A DNA stretch of 64,000 bases, from NCBI GenBank assembly GCA_010093815.1, contig ML996587.1; one strand, 5' to 3'. A program made the position numbers and the translations under genes. Below, one piece after another: positions 13,196 to 25,667 of this stretch. Below the pieces are notes generated by a model that worked only from the letters and a program-made list of their open reading frames with translations, was not told the origin of the DNA and did no database searches. Position 1 is the first letter of the stretch; each line of letters opens with the position of its first letter. This DNA is from Pseudovirgaria hyperparasitica. Taxonomy: Eukaryota.

Positions 13196-16100
13196 AAAAA
13201 ACTTCTTACACCCTAACGGACTAAACTAGTTAATTCGGGGTAAAACAGCGATTTACATACATTAAACGATAGAGTATACTAAGTATAATAACCTCCGATA
13301 CACGTGTATACGTATAGTATATAATACGCGACGATACTAATATATAGAGATACTATATATATACGCTCGAAGACTCTTTAATAATATAAGTATAGACTAT
13401 ATCTAATAAACGCCGACACGCCGACCCCCTTTTATTAGTTAAGGGCTACCCTTAACTAATAACCATGGCGGCCTTAGGTATCGTAATACCCCGGTATACG
13501 CCGGATATACCCCTACTAGTACGGTAGAAACAGCTATATAGCGATATTAATATAGATAGCTAGACACCTATCTAAAATATAGGAACTAACTAAGGGTGCG
13601 AAGCGCTATAGATAACCTAGATCGAGGGGACCCTAAGAGGGGAGACCCTCCTAGATAAAATTAAATACTAGGTAATATATATAGAGAGGGACGCCGAGAA
13701 GGGAAAGAAGACCCTCCTTTATATATTCCGGGACCTTATCCGGAACCTAAGAGGAATTATAGAGGAAGAAAGGAAGTTACCACGAGAGGAACCTAGTAGT
13801 AGGCTTAACTAAATGGAAGCTAGTCTACGGAGAATCTAGAAAGAGCTATTCTAAGGTAAGCGCCCTAATACGTGGGCTTAGATTATAGTAATACCTAGAG
13901 CTACTATACTAAGGACTACTAGAACCATAGATAGAGTATATAGTATACGTGTCGTAATCTAGGATAAGGATACGCTAGCGTAGGTCTAATAGGTATCCCT
14001 AAAGGAAATTATAAATAAGATTAATAAATAGAAAGGAATATAGTCGAGCGTCGTGGCTACTAAAGTTACGCTAGGTAGGGTAGTACTTACTACTATAACG
14101 AATACTACGTAGTAAAATATCTTACGAGATCTAAACGCGATAGGTAGTATCTTCCCTAGCGCGTCTATTAGGGTAACTATATACCCGATTATAGTATACG
14201 TAGTACCTATACGGGGATAGGCTATCGGAGCGGAGGATATTACGTATATAGAATAATCTAACACGCGAAAATACCTAGGGATTAAGATCGTAAAAGCGTG
14301 GTAGAAGAACCTATAGGCGATTAAGACGACGGTAAAAAAACACTCTACTATAATTATAGAGCTCCGAGACCCCGCCCTTATATAACATATTATATAGAAG
14401 GGATTCCTAATAGAAGGAGAGCTCCTTATAGCCGAGCTATAGGATAGGGTATAGATAATAATATAGTGCTTTAACTATTAAGGGTATAGATATACTATAT
14501 AAAGGTACTTATAGAAGACTAAGTGCGGATAGTACCATAGAGACTATACTACCTAGGAGTACCCTTATAAACCGCGAGGAGACGGACTAAGAAATAGGGA
14601 TATAGTATAGTATTTAAACTATAACGGAAAATACCCGTCGTGGTTATTAACGTGTATAAAACGTAAATAGGTTATAGAATATATTCGCACAATAAAAGCA
14701 AGAGGCGCGAGATGGTTATAGAATATAATATCTACCACGAGCCCTTCCTTTATAATACCCCTAACCTCCCCTCCGGAAGATAGTTAGGTAGGATAGTAGA
14801 CTATCCCGAAGACGATAGGACGACTAAAAGGTATAGTTAAAGCCGCTACCGCGCGAGGATAGTCGCGCCTCTAAGGAATAAGTATATAGATATATATACT
14901 CTCTAGTATCTAATAAGGGACTAGAATATACTCCGAATTATATAGGTAAATATATAATATAAAAGAGAGAACTAGGCGACGCTCCTTAAAGAGACTAGGG
15001 CTATAATACTCGCTATCTAGGAACCCTATAAATACTACTAGACGAGTAAACTAACTACACACCCCGGATACTATACTATACACCCTCTAAGACTAGAAAG
15101 ACGAGTCCTCTTCTATATTTATAGGTTAATACTACTCTTATTATAGTTATATACCGAGCGTAATAACCTTAGGATAATACTACACCTATAAATAGATATA
15201 GGCCCCCTATATATATATAATATATATAACTAATAACGTATACTTATACTAGACGAGATACTTAAGGGTACTACGGAACTAGGGTAATATATCCTTCTAG
15301 GAGACTTTAACCTCTACTACTAATAGTAGGGAGGCCTAGCCATAGTTAGGGAAGAACTTAGAGTAAGGGAACTACGCACCCGCTACCACGACTTTCTATA
15401 TCTACTTATACCTATAGAATAAGTTATATAGAAAAAATATAAATAGGACGAAGACGGGTCTACGCTTAACCTTACCTTCGCTATAGAGTACATTAGTTAC
15501 TAGATCTAATACTACCGCCTAGGCTAGGTATAGACGGATTCCGACTATAAATATATAGAAACTATAATAAACGTATATACCCCGAATAAATAACGGGGAC
15601 GATAGATATAGAAGGATACTAACTAGGAAAAGTACCTAAAGAATCTAGAATCGGTGATTCTAGATCCCTCTATAGTCGATGTATCTAACGACCTAGCCAT
15701 AGACTAGGCCGTATAGATACTCCTATAAATATACTAGAATACGAGAAATAAACACGTACTATACCGAATATACCGGCCCCTAGAAGCAAAGGGGATTCCT
15801 TAAGTATAGGAAAGTAGATAAGACGCCTAAAGGCTATATAGACGTGTATACCGTATAAGAACACCCGAGTCGTAGAAAGAATAGAAGGAAGCGATACGAT
15901 AACGCGATAAAGTCCTCTATAATAAAAGGCGTAAATAGTAGCGTATAATTACTAGTTAATAGACACGATATATAATAGGGCTATGGCGTATAGCGAAATA
16001 GGCTAAGGGCGTAGACACTCCGATACCCCTACTACTTATGCCTCCCCTAATATATTAGGGGAGAATATACTCTACGGGCCTTAAGAAAACTAAGGCTCTA

Positions 16101-18477
16101 TAGGAGGCTATATTCCCTCTCCCGGAACCAGTAGACCTATTAGACGTTTACGGCGCCGAATACCTATACGCGGTAGATATCCCTAAAGAAGTTATAGAGA
16201 AGGATATACTTAATATTATTAAGATACTCCTAAATAATAAAGCACCTAGACTAGATAGAATTCTAAATCGATACCTAAAAAGCACTATAAAAGCGACCCT
16301 ACTACTTATTACTTATATATTCTAAGCATGCGTCACGTAGGGGTACCACCCCTAGAGCTTCTAAGTCGCCTATACTATTATACTCCTAAAGCTAGAAAAG
16401 AGCCCTAACTCCCTAAAGGGATAGAGACTAATCGCCCTTCTCTTCTACCTAGGTAAGATACTAGAGACTATAATAGCGAAGAAGATAAGTACCGCGGTAT
16501 AGAAATATAATCTCCTCCCTCCGAACTAGAAGGCAAAGATAGATAGCTCTCTAATAATAGCTATCTAATATATTATTAAAGTCGTCTAGGCCGTATAGAA
16601 ATAGGGACGGGTAGTATCGCTCCTCTCCCTTAATATAGCCGGAGCGTTTAATAAGGTAAACCATATAAGACTTATTTATAACCTCCGGATAAGACGAATA
16701 CTAGAATAGATTATACGCTTTATATAGTTATTCCTTATAGAAAGAATAACTTAGATATATATCCCTAGGTACTAGAGCAAATATAAAGAGACGGTATACG
16801 GCATCCTATAAGGGAGCACTATCTCTCTAATCCTATTCCTCTTCTTTATAGTAGACCTTCTTTAAGAAATAAAGTATATAGAGGTAGTCGGATACGACGA
16901 TAATATATACCTTCTAGCTATTAATAATAATACTAACCGAACGTGTAGACGACTAGAATAGAATCACGAGAGGTGCCTCTAGTAGGTAAAACGCCATAGA
17001 GTAAAGTTCGCCCTAGAGAAATACTAGCTTATGTACTTTATTAATTATTAAGGGAAATAGGTAACTAGGGAAGGTAAATAACGCCCCCGAATCGATATAT
17101 TTAACGAACTACTAGTATAAAGTATACGCGCGCTCGGAGTTATACTAGATAGTAAGCTTAAATGGGGACTATAAGTGGTATATGCCGTCTCTAGGGCCCT
17201 CTAGATAGAAGCCGCTATATAACGGATTATAGTCTCTACGTAGGGAACCGCCCGGGATAAGGCACGCTAGCTATATATATCTATAGTACGACCCGCCTTC
17301 ACGTACGGACACGAGTGCTAGTATATAGCCCTTATATAGACTAGGCGAATAAAGCTCGAATTTATATAGAACTATATACTCCGTCTTATATTAGGCGTAT
17401 ATAAAGCTACTAATATAGTACTACTATAACGCGAGATAGACGTTATAAGTATATATAACTTCTACGAGATATAGAGGGTGGTATACTTTACTAAATAATA
17501 AGTATAGAAATGTATAGGAAACGTAGAATATACTTTTACCGCGCTACGTGTATAAATTAGTATATATTACTATATACTCCTATATATAGGCCGGAATCGA
17601 ATACGGTATAGGTGCTTAATAGAAGCCGACTCTAGCTAAGTAGTATAAGAAGTCTAAGATAACCCGGACGCTCTCCTAGACTAGTAGAGCCTTTAAGAAC
17701 TCGTAAAAAATATACGGTCGTGGACTTAAGATAAGTAGAAAGAGATACTCTATACCTACTAGACCTTCTAGTAGAATAGATATCTAGAGTAGATTCGAGG
17801 GCTATAGAAGGAACTAAGTAAATATATATATAAAGGGCTAACGAAAGCCTAAGTATCTATACTTATCTAAGCCCGAACGGGCGCTATAGGACTCCTATAC
17901 TATATCTATAAGCGAGACGTTCCTAATACCTCTCTATAGTATAAGGTATACGGCCGGAGAGGTATAATATACTACTATCTAGCTATATACCCTAACCTCT
18001 ATATATAACGGTAATAGCTTATCTATATTATAAAGACTTTAGATATTACACGATAGCTTAATAAGTACCCTAAGGATATCTCCTAATAGATACTTATATA
18101 TCTACTACTCCTCTAGTACTAGTAGACCCGGAAATATATACTAGAAGAGACCCGGTATACGCTAGTAGTAACCCGATATATACCGGAAGAACCCCGGGAG
18201 AACCCCGATTATTAGTTAAGNNNNNNNNNNAATAACCTCCGTACCTATACGTGCTACCTAAGGGTAAAATAACGGTAATATAGGCTATAGGCTAATAGGC
18301 GTACCCTATAGCTATATACTTAAGATGAAATAGAGGTTTAACGAGATGTAGTTATAGATATAAGGAAGTTTTTCCCTATAGGGTTTCTTCTTATATAGTA
18401 GCTTAGACTAGAGAAGGTATAGGCCTGTAGAGTACTACTCTACCTAGTTATATAATATTATTATTATTATTATTATT
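13196..18477 (+). mobile_element. Full-length Tad/CgT1-like LINE, copy 1 (RIPed)
   Basis: Shared 5' end aaacttc(t)cacacc; ORF1 CCHC knuckle ~14467; APE endonuclease (LGDFNL ~15297); RT (GIPQGS-like ~16800); (TAT)n tail; ~15 bp TSD atacttataaacYcY at 13181 and 18478. Confidence 0.92.
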
Positions 18478-19141
18478 ATACTTATAAACCCCTTTAAGTT
18501 ATAGTAATTAGTTAGTAACTTAATATTATATATAGTACCTTTAAGATAATATTACTACTACTTAAATAACTCTACTATTACTAGTAGCTCTTAGTTATAA
18601 ATAGTATATCTAGTCTTAATATTAGCTATCTTATATAAGAAGAACGTAACTAGATACTATTAGACCTTTTTAGACTCTATTAGTCTAGGCTAGAAGAGTA
18701 TATCTAAGATTATAAATTCTAATATATTAGTTTTAATATAAATAGATTTAGTTAGATTAAAGTATACTAGTAATAGAGTAGTTATAAATATCTCTTTAAT
18801 CTTCTTAAAGGATATTCTTTTAACCTCTATTAACTTAATAGATTATAACTTAATATTATACTATTTCTATTAAAAAAACTTCTCACACCCCAACGGACCA
18901 AACTGGTCAATTCGGGGCAAAACAGCGATTTACATACATCAAACGATAGAGCACACCGAGTATAATAACCTCCGACATACGTGCGTATATATAGCGTATA
19001 ATACGCGACGATACCGACGTGTAGAGACACTATATACATACGCTCGAAGACTCTTCGATAATATAAGCATAGACTATATCTAATAAACGCCGACACGCCG
19101 ACCCCCTTTTATTAGTTAAGGGCTACCCTTAACTAATAATC

Positions 19142-20640
19142 ATGGCGGCCTTAGGCACCGACGTACCCCGGCTTCTACCGGGTATACCCCTAATACTAGT
19201 ACGGTAGAAACGGCTATATAGCGGCATATCCTAGGACGATTAAACCCCCGTCTAATAAACGACGAACAACTAAGGGCGTATAATACTATAGATAATAGAG
19301 ATGGAGGGGACCCCGCCCGGGGAGACCCTCCTAGACAAGATTAACTACTAGATAGTACGTGTAGAGAGGGAAGTTAAGAAGGGAGAAACGGCCCTCCTTA
19401 GTATCTTCTAGAACCTCGTCCGGAATATTAGGGAGCTTACCATAGGAGTAAAACAGACGCCGGAATTAGACCCGGAATCTAGACTAGATCGCATAGAGGC
19501 TAGCCTATAGAGGATCTAGGAGGGCCTTACCTAGGGAAAACGCCCTAGCACGTAGGCATAGGTCGCCGCACCTATAAACGGAACAGCTATATTAGCCAAA
19601 ACACTAAGGGCACCCATAGACGGGGCATATAGTATATAAGTCGCTATCTAGGATAAAGAAGTACTCGTATAAGTCTAGTAAGCGTCCCTAAAGGACGTTA
19701 TAAATAAGATTAACGAATAGAAAGGGATGTAGTTAAATATGGTGGCCGCCAAACTCACCCTAGAAGGTATAGTACTAACTACCACCACTAACACGGCCTA
19801 GTAGACTATCTCGCGCGACCCGAACGCGATTAATAACATCTTCCCTAGCGCGTCCGTCCGCGTAACCACGTACCTAATATAGATATATACTATCCCTATC
19901 CGAGGACACGTTATTAGAGAAGATAATATCGAGCGAATAGAGTAATCTAATGAACCGAAGTACCCTAGGATTAAGATCGCGAAGGCGTGGTAGAAGAACG
20001 TCTAAGGGATTAAGATAAAATCGAAAAAGCACTCTACTATAATAGTAGAGCTTAGAGACCCCGCTCTCGCCTATAGGATAACGTAGGAGGGCTTCCTAGC
20101 TAAAGAAGAGCTACTTACAGCGGAACTATAGGATAGGGCATAGGTAATAACGTAATGCTTTAACTATTAGGGATATAGGTATACTAGGTAGAGGTGCTCT
20201 TAGAAGACCGCCTATGGGTAGTATAAACAGGGCCATAATACTAAGGAATACCCTTATAAGACGCAGAGCGACAAGACGCGAGATAGGGACACCGCTAAGT
20301 ACTCTAACTACGACGGGAAACACCTATCCTAGTCGGTAACGTGCACGAAACGTAAGTAGATTATAGAATATATTAACGCGATGAAGACAAGAGGAGCGAG
20401 GTAGATACACCAAGCCATAAGGCCCTCGCTACCCTCGCCGCTATCCCTAACTTTACTTATAAATCTAGTAACCACCCCCCGAAGGGGAGAGGATAACGCG
20501 TAATAGCATACTATATAGAGAAAGATAGGCCGACCCCGGGGTATACTTAAAGCCGCCACCGCGCGAGGATAATCACGCCTTAGCGCTACTAACATATAGA
20601 CTCGAACTTTCTCTAGCACCTAATAAGGGTATAAGATATA
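19142..20640 (+). pseudogene. LINE ORF1 (gag-like, Zn knuckles), RIP-inactivated
   Basis: ATG 19142; CFNC.GYGH...C pattern after RIP at ~20156; GRPRG motif near the C-terminus. End approximate. Confidence 0.75.
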
Positions 20641-23600
20641 CTTATTATTATATAGGCGAACGTATAATATAAACGAGAAAACCAAGCGACGCTCCTAGAA
20701 GAAATAGGAGCCGTAATAATAGCCATCTAGGAACTATATAAATACTACTAAACTAATAAGCTAATAACACACCTAGGATACTACACCATCCACCCTACGG
20801 GCCCGGATAGGAGAGTTATATTTCATATATATAAGTCGATCCCGCTCTTAGAATAGTCTTATACCGAACGTAATAACCTCCGGATGACGCTATATCTCTA
20901 GATAAGTATAGAGCCTATCCACATCTATAATATCTATAATTAATAGCGATCGCTTACGCTAGATGATATACTAGAGGGCACCACGACGCCGGGATAACAT
21001 ATCCTCCTAGGCGACTTTAATCTCCACCATAGGTGGTGGGGAGGCCTAGCCGTCGCGAGAGAAGAACTTAGAGTAAGGGAACTACATACACGGTGCCACG
21101 ACTTCCTATACCTCCTTATACCCGTGGGGTAGATTACCTAGAGGAAACATAAATAGGACGAGGACGGGTCTACGCTCGACCTTACCCTCGCTACCGAGTA
21201 TATTAGCCATAGAGTATAGTACTACCGCCCGAGCCGGATATAGATGGACTCCGACCACGAATGTATAGAAACCGTAATAGACGTCTCCACTCTTAACGAA
21301 TAACGTAGGAAATGGCTATAGAAGGATACTAATTAGGATAAATACCTAGAGGACCTAGAATCGGCGATTCTAGACCCCTCTATAGTCGACGTATCTAACG
21401 GCCTAGCCATAGATAAGGCCGTGTAAGTCCTTCTTTAAGTATACTAAGCCACGAGAGATAAACACGTGCTATACTAAATATATAGACCCCTAGAAGCGAG
21501 GGGTATACCTTAAATACGAGAGTATAGAAGAGACGCCCGTAGACTATACATACGTATATACTATATCCGGACGACTAAGGCGTAGGAAGAGTAGAAGGAA
21601 GTAGTACAATATCGTGATAGGGCCCTCTATAATGAACGACGAAAGCAATGGCGTATAATTACCGATAAACACACACGGTAAGCCGTAGGGCTATAGCGTA
21701 TAGCAAAGTAGGCTAAGGGTGTAGACGCGCCGACACCGCCGCCACTAATACCTCCCCTAATATACTAAGAGAGGATATACTCTATAAGCCCGGAGAAGAC
21801 GGAGATCTTACGTAAAGTTATATTCCCTCTCCCGGAGCTAGTAGACCTATTAGATATTAATAACACTAAATACCTAGACGTAATTAATATCCCCTAAGAG
21901 GTTACCGAGGAGGATATGCTCGACGCTATTAAAGTACTCCTAAATAACAAGGCACCCGGACCGGATAGAATACCGAATAGGTGCCTTAAACGCACTATAC
22001 TAGCTACCCTACCGCTCATTAGTTATATATTTCAAGCATGTATTAAGAACGGATACCACCCCTAAAGCTTCCGGGCTACCTATACTATTATACTCCCGAA
22101 ACTAGGGAAGAACTCTAACTCCCCGAAAGGATAGAGGCTAATCGCCCTCCTCTCCTATCTTAGAAAGATACTAGAGGCCACGATCGCGAAGAAGATAAGC
22201 GCCGTAGTATAGGAATATAACCTCCTCCTAGTAAACCAGAAGGCGAAGGCTAGAAGCTCCCTAATTACCGCTATCTAATACATCCTCGAAGTCGTCTAGA
22301 CCGTATAGAAGTAGGGACGTGTAGTAACGCTACTCTCCCTTAACATGGCCGGCGTATTTAATAAAGTAAACTATATAAGACTTATCTATAACTTACGGAA
22401 GAGGCGTATACCCGCATGGATTACGCGGTTTATATAGTCCTTCCTCGCCGAAAGAGTTATCTAGATATATATCCCCGGATATCGAAGTAAGTATAAGAAG
22501 ACAGCTTACGGCATCCCATAAGGAAGTACTATCTCCCCGATCCTATTCCTCTTCTTTACTATAGACCTCCTCTAGGGAATATAATGTATAGAGGTAGTAG
22601 GGTACGTAGACGATATATACCTTCTAGCTATCGATAATAATACTAGCTAAATATATAGATAACTCGAACAAGACCACGGGAGATGCGTCTAATGGGCAAA
22701 GCGCTACGGAGTAAAGTTCGCCCCCGAAAAGTACTAACTCATGCACTTTATTAACCGCCGTAGGAAATGGGCTACTAGGGAAGGCAAGCGACGCCCTAGA
22801 ATAGACGCCTTTAATGAACCGCTAATACAAAGTATACGCGCACTCGGCGTCATGATTAATAATAAGCTTAAATAGGGACCATAGATAGCATACGCCGTTT
22901 CTAGGGCCCTCTAGGTAGAAGCCGCCATACGACGGATTATAGCCTCTATATAGGGAACCGCCCGGGATAAGGCACGCTAGCTATATATATCTATAGCACG
23001 ACCCGCCTTTACGTACGGACACGAGTACTAGTACACGGCCCTTATATAGACTAGGCGAATAAAGCTCGAATCCATATAGAACCGTATACTCCGTCTTATA
23101 TTAGGCGTATATAAAGCTACTAACACGGTGCTACTATAACGCGAGATAGACGTTATAAGTATATATAACTTCTACTAGATATAGAGGGTGGTATACTTCA
23201 CTAAATAATAAGCATAGAAACGTATAGGAAATATAGAATATACCTTCGCCGCGCTACGCGCGCGAGTTAGCGTATACTACTAAGTACTCTTATATATAGA
23301 CCGGACTCGACTACGGTATAAGTACCCGATAGAAATAGACTCAAACTAAGTAGCATAAGAGATTAAGGATAACCTAGATACCCTTCTAGACTAATAGAGC
23401 CTTCGAGAGCTCGGACGAAGTATACGGTCGTGGATCTAAGATAAGTAGAAAGAGATACTCCGGGCCTAGTGGGCCTCCTAGTAGAATAGGTACCTAGAGT
23501 AGATCCGAGGACCATAGAAGGAGCCGAGTAAATAGATATATAAAGGGCTTATAAAGGCCTAGGTATCTATACTCCTCTAAGCCTAAACGGGCGCTATAGA

Positions 23601-23924
23601 ACTTCTATACTACCTCTATAAGAGAGGCGTCCCTAATATATCTCTATAGTATAAGGCGTACGGCCGGAGAGGTATAATACGCTACTATCTTATAATATGC
23701 CCCGATCTTCACACGTAAAGGCAGAAGCTTATCTATACGATAAGAACCTCCGATATCGTACGATAGCTTAATAAGTACTCTAAGGACGTCGCCCGGTAGA
23801 TAATTATATACCTACTACTCCTCTAATTCTAGTGGACCCGGAAATATATACCGGAAGAGACCCGGTATACGCTAGTAGTAACCCGATATATACCGGAAGA
23901 ACCCCGGGAGAACCCCGATTATTA
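20638..23924 (+). pseudogene. LINE ORF2 (AP endonuclease + reverse transcriptase), RIP-inactivated
   Basis: I(Q)ANV, I(Q)E, ILLGDFNLHHRWWGG (21001), TLDLT, DSDH, NKAPGPD, IALLS.L.KILE, GIP(Q)GSTISPILF, GYVDD (~22601), VKFAPEKY. Confidence 0.85.
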
Positions 23925-25624
23925 GTTAAGGGNNNNNNNNNNNNNNNNNNNNNNNNNNNNNNNNNNNNNNNNNNNNNNNNNNNNNNNNNNNNNNNNNNNN
24001 NNNNNNNNNNNNNNNNNNNNNNNNNNNNNNNNNNNNNNNNNNNNNNNNNNNNCTAAGGGTAAAATAACGGTAATATAGGCTATAGGCTAATAGGCGTACC
24101 CTATAGCTATATACTTAAGACGAAATAGAGGTTTAACGAGATGTAGTTATAGACATAAGGAAGTTTTTCCCTATAGGGTTTCTTCTTATATAATGGCTTA
24201 GACTAGAGGAGGCATAGGCCTGTAGAGTACTACTCTACCTAGTTATATAATATTATTATTATTATTATTATACTATTTCTATCTACTATAGACTATAATA
24301 GATAAATTAGTAGTAGTAGTATATATATTAAGTAGTATAGCTAAATAGAAGAAGTATTTAATGAAGTTTTAATAGTAGTTAGCGAAGCTAATAAAGATAT
24401 ATATATCTTAAATAGATTTTAGTTTAGACTAGTCTATAATAGTAGTTACTCTATCTTTCTCTATAGTTATATCTTAGTTAGTAATATTAAAGCTAAGGAA
24501 ATTAATATAGTTCTAATAGAACTTATATTTAGATAGCGTAATATATAGTTTATACTTTTCTAGTCTATCTAGAACTATATATATATACTAGATATACTTC
24601 TTCTTATTATCTAATAAGATAAGAATATTATCTAGGTATATAATATATATTATATTAAGTAGACTAGCTAGTATATTATTAATATATACTTAGAAGATTT
24701 CTAGTATATTAGTTAGTCTAAAAGAGACTACTATATACTTAAAGTATCTATAATAGATTCTAAAAGCCGTTTTCTATTTATTACCCTTCTTAATATAAAT
24801 ATAGTAGTAAGTATTATATAGATTAAGCTTAGTAAAGATCTTTATATATTCTAGTCTATTAATAGACTATAAGATAAGAGGTAGTAGATAATAATTCTTT
24901 TATATAATGTTATTTAGACTATAGTAGTTAATATATAGATAGAGACTTCTATTCTTCTTCTTTATAAAGAGAATTAGAGCTCTAGCTAGAGATATACTAG
25001 ATCTAATCTATTCTTATATAAGGTTCTTTTTAATATATTCTTAAAGGACTTATAGTTCGGGTTCTAAAAGAAAGTAGATAGATCTATATAGAGGTTATTA
25101 GCTATCTTTAAGATTAATAGTAATATTAGTAGATTAATATTAGAGTAGTTTAGAAGAATTAGTTACTAATATAATATATTAGTATATTTTATACTAATAA
25201 GATAGGTTTTTATCTATTTTAATACTAAGCTTTTTATTTTAAGTAAGTAAGAGTATATAGATAGTAGAGATTATCTTTTTATAATTCTTCTAGAATTATT
25301 TATTATTAAAAAGTAATAATAGTATAGAAGGCCGTATCTATAGCTCTATATATATATGTTCCTAGCTTCATTATATAGTATATTTATATACTTAAGAAGA
25401 ATATTTCCCTACTTATTTTAAGATATATATACTCCCTATTACTAATATTCGACTATTTAGCTTTTCTTTATATTTATAGACTTCTATAGGTATTAATTAA
25501 TAGATATAGTTATTGAAGAATCGAAAAAAAAACCTCCTATACTCTAAGGGACTAAAATTAGTTAATTTAGGGCGATATAGTAATCTATAGATATTAATTA
25601 ATAGAGTATACTAAGTATAATAAC

Positions 25625-25667
<43 letters not shown>

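Larger units (their letters stand above)
18872..24269 (+). mobile_element. Full-length LINE, copy 2 (least RIPed)
   Basis: Same architecture; TSD ttatactatttctat at ~18856 and ~24268; (TAT)n tail. Confidence 0.93.
8800..25310 (-). mobile_element. Older RIPed chromovirus (element B) split by LINE copies 1 and 2
   Basis: Minus-strand remnants in pol order: RT (EWKTAFR-like ~24770, YLDN ~24630, FANYY ~24380), RNase H (18540-18810), integrase (~11700-12850), chromodomain (~11520-11655), and a purine tract next to a TG-like LTR start at ~9061. Outer limits approximate; 5' LTR not found. Confidence 0.7.

Noticed and set aside
13986..14264. Hydrophobic 92-aa ORF repeated at 55111-55389
   Set aside because: Antisense to LINE ORF1; I/Y/L richness is a RIP artefact and the repetition reflects LINE copies.
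18876..18920. 5' self-cleaving ribozyme in the LINE leader
   Set aside because: Only a simple CCCC-GACCA/TGGTC-GGGG stem-loop is visible; no hammerhead core or HDV-type pseudoknot identified.
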